From Camelus ferus (Eukaryota), in contig NC_045707.1 of assembly GCF_009834535.1 (NCBI RefSeq), positions 8,060,001 through 8,124,000 of the forward strand: a DNA stretch of 64,000 bases, read 5' to 3'. Both the position numbers and the translations under genes were made by a program. Under the pieces are notes generated by a model, which was not told where the DNA came from, did not search any database, and saw nothing but the letters and a program-made list of their open reading frames with translations. Below, in pieces: positions 61,351 to 64,000 of this stretch. Each line of letters opens with the position of its first letter. The stretch's first letter is position 1.

Positions 61351-62839
61351 TAATTTAAAAACCCTTCCAACCTCCTCTTCCATTTTAAAAGTTGTTTTTA
61401 GAGTTGTGAGAGATGTGACTTCTGGCCTCTTGTGTGTGTTCTTTCAATACTGAGGTTCCCTGGGCTGCATTCCTGAGTTTTCCCTTTGTTCTGGTCAGCA
61501 GGTTCTTCCCCTGGGCCAGAGTCCCCATGGGTGAGGGTGAGCTGTGCTGGGGTGGCTGTGAAAAGCCTGGGGGGCGGAGGGGGGCGGAGGAGAAGCCCAG
61601 GAGCTGGCCTCAGGCAGGACATTGGGAAAGAGAGGATCTGGAGTCAGGGGTGCGCAGTGAATTCCTTAAACCTGCCCGCCAGAAAGTCTTCCTGTATTTC
61701 CGGATGAGTACCCCCCAGGGACGTGTGTCCCCCAGGGACACACTGACAAGGACCCTGTCCTTGCGTTCATTTCTTCCTCAGAGCTGTGTATTCCTAGGGA
61801 TGCTTGTGGCACGTTTACCTCCAGGGCTGTGCCTGCCCCACCCTGGGACTTGGGTGGGTGGGTGGGGGTGTGTTCATGCATTTCCCACCAGGGGTGCTTT
61901 TACTAAATTGGATGATGCAGGTCCCTGAGGGCAGGGCCTTTCACCTTTGGTTGTTCCGCCATTTAGGATCCAAACTGGCTTGTATTAATCTCTATCAAGT
62001 CACACCTCCTAAACGTGAGATCGGTGGCCAGGCGCCCTTCCCCTGATCATTCGCGCTGCCTCTCTGATCTTCAACCTCATTTGCAGACCTCGTGGCCGTC
62101 ACCAAAATCATTTCAGTTCTTCTTTATGCCTTACAACAATCACAGACATTAATGTCATTCCCTTTCTGGTTCATTCCTTGCCTGCCGCGGGACCCTAGAA
62201 TAAAAGACAGACAAGGCTCTTGCTTTCGTGGAATAGGGCGTCAGTGGTAATAAGCAAACAGACGAGTCGTGCTGTCATAATATGTGCTAGGAAGGAAAAG
62301 TCACAGTACAATCAGATGGATGCCCGGGGAAGGCCTCAGAGCAGGTCAGGTTTGGGTTGAGACCCAAAGGAACCAGGAAGGAACTCTCGGAATAGCAAGT
62401 AAGCAGAATGTTCCGGACGATGGTGGCTTTTTATAGGTGACATTTATGCTCCTGGAATACGAAGAGCACATGTCTGAAGTCAGGCACTGGTCCCAAGACC
62501 CATAGCGGAGTCCTTGTCCCTGCCTGCATGAGCTGGCGTGTGCCCAGAAAATTGAGGGCCTGTCTGGCTTAATTTAAATATACCAATAATCACAGTAGTC
62601 AAAGCATCCTGTGATGAATAAAATAGACATGAAAACAGGAGAGAGATGCTTTCACAGTATAGCTGGTTTTTTTTTTTTTTTTTTTTTTTACTGAAGTGCA
62701 GTTGATTTACAATGTGTTAGTTTCAGGTACACAGCAAAGTGATTCAGTTTCTTTGGTGTGTGAGTTAGCTGGGTCCCCTGCCTCGGCTCTCAAGTTTGGG
62801 GTGCCTGGCACCCTCAGGGGTCCCTGATACGAACAGGAG

Positions 62840-63650
62840 GTTGAAAACACTAATCGGGCTTAGACGTAGGAGTTAGGGGAGGACTGGACTAGGAAGGGCT
62901 CAGGGGCTCGTCCAGTCTTGCAGAAAGTGGAGAAGGAGTCAGAAGTCGGAGGCTGAGGTGTGGAGGCTGAGGTGTGGAGGCTGGATTGGAGAATGAGGTC
63001 CTGGATGATTGAGAGCTGCCAGTATTCCTGCAGGCCTGTTGCCTTGGCAACTTGTCCTCTGTGCCACTCAGTGTGGTTCAGGAGCTGGAGTGCATCCTGG
63101 CCCAGACTCGGGGCCCCTGTGGGAAGGCGCTTATTTGCCTACTAGGGAGCGATCAGGAAGGGGGTGCTTCGAGGTGTACTGGGGCGCTGCCAGCTGCACG
63201 GTGGGTGGGTTTCGTTTCCTTTTTGTTAGAAAGTTGATGGTGAATTCTGCGTGGGGGGAGGTGTGGCCCTTGTTGGGGAGGCTGGGGAGAGGATGCTGGG
63301 AAGAGGACGGCACTGCCGGGAAGTTAGAGATTCGGAGGTGCCTATAGCGTTCGACTCCATCCAGGTGGACAGAGCTTGTGGTTGTGACAAGGCACGGAGG
63401 GATGAGTTGGGGTGACTTCTTCCAGGGGAGGTCATTTTAGAAAATGCATTCTGGGGTTTGGAGGAACCCATGCAGGAAGTGTCTGTGGATGAATTCACAG
63501 CGTGATTAAGGCTGATGTTCTATGGGAGGGAACCAAGTTGTGTCATGTGTTGGCCCAGTTTAGAAAAACGGAACTGTGACTAACTGTGGGCATTGGGAAA
63601 AGTGGAAAGGAACACTTAAAAGACCCCAAAAGCTCCAGGTAGAAGGCCCG
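62840..63650 (-). mobile_element. L2 relic in PARVB intron 1, with a 14-bp tandem duplication (ggaggctgaggtgt x2.5 at 62948-62983)
   Basis: Degenerate L2-like purine-rich segments; the tandem unit is read directly. Confidence 0.5.
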
Positions 63651-64000
63651 GAAACTGTTACTATTAAGAGCCACTCATTAGGGTGGTCTGCTTTTACGGG
63701 AGCTGGATGGAGAAGGCGCAGAGGGAGACTCCCCACAAGGGCCCCCTGGTGACCAGCGGGCCAGGAGGGGGCAGCTGCTGTGTGGAGTCCTTACAGGCAG
63801 CGTCCACCTCTGGGGCAGGGAGGTCCTGGGTGGAAGGGCAGGATGGAGTCCACTCCCCACGGGCCAGGAGAGACCCCCGCCTGCACTTGGCCTCTGCCCT
63901 CTGCCCTCTGCCCAGACACCAGTGACCAACACCAGGCTGCACGGATTGGATCCTGCCGCAGCCGGGCCTGGAGGCCCTGTCCCTCCTGCTTTCCCGAGGA

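Overview
This is mammalian genomic DNA syntenic with human 22q13.31. It is probably from a camelid, judged from a recalled tRNA-derived SINE family. All three genes are on the + strand. (1) The last two coding exons of PNPLA3 (780-884, 2209-2293). (2) The complete 15-exon SAMM50 gene: ATG at 8967, TAA ending at 39492. The spliced CDS is 1410 nt (469 aa + stop), has one GC-AG intron, and ends in a beta-signal. (3) Coding exon 1 of PARVB inside a CpG island (60552-60666). The rest is intron or intergenic DNA with MIR, L2, L1, MaLR/ERVL LTR and hAT/Tigger relics, plus a 158-nt N gap. Almost all entries in the six-frame ORF track are spurious products of GC-rich DNA. I found no convincing new biological system. 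The best second-look items are a PNPLA3 stop codon upstream of an in-frame relic tail, decayed orthologues of the human upstream PARVB exons, exon-specific GC3 extremes in SAMM50, a possibly inversion-split L1, a dense POU/PBX/MEIS/HOX motif cluster, and two candidate cryptic SAMM50 exons. Human protein comparisons and repeat-family names come from memory, not database searches. Repeat boundaries are approximate.
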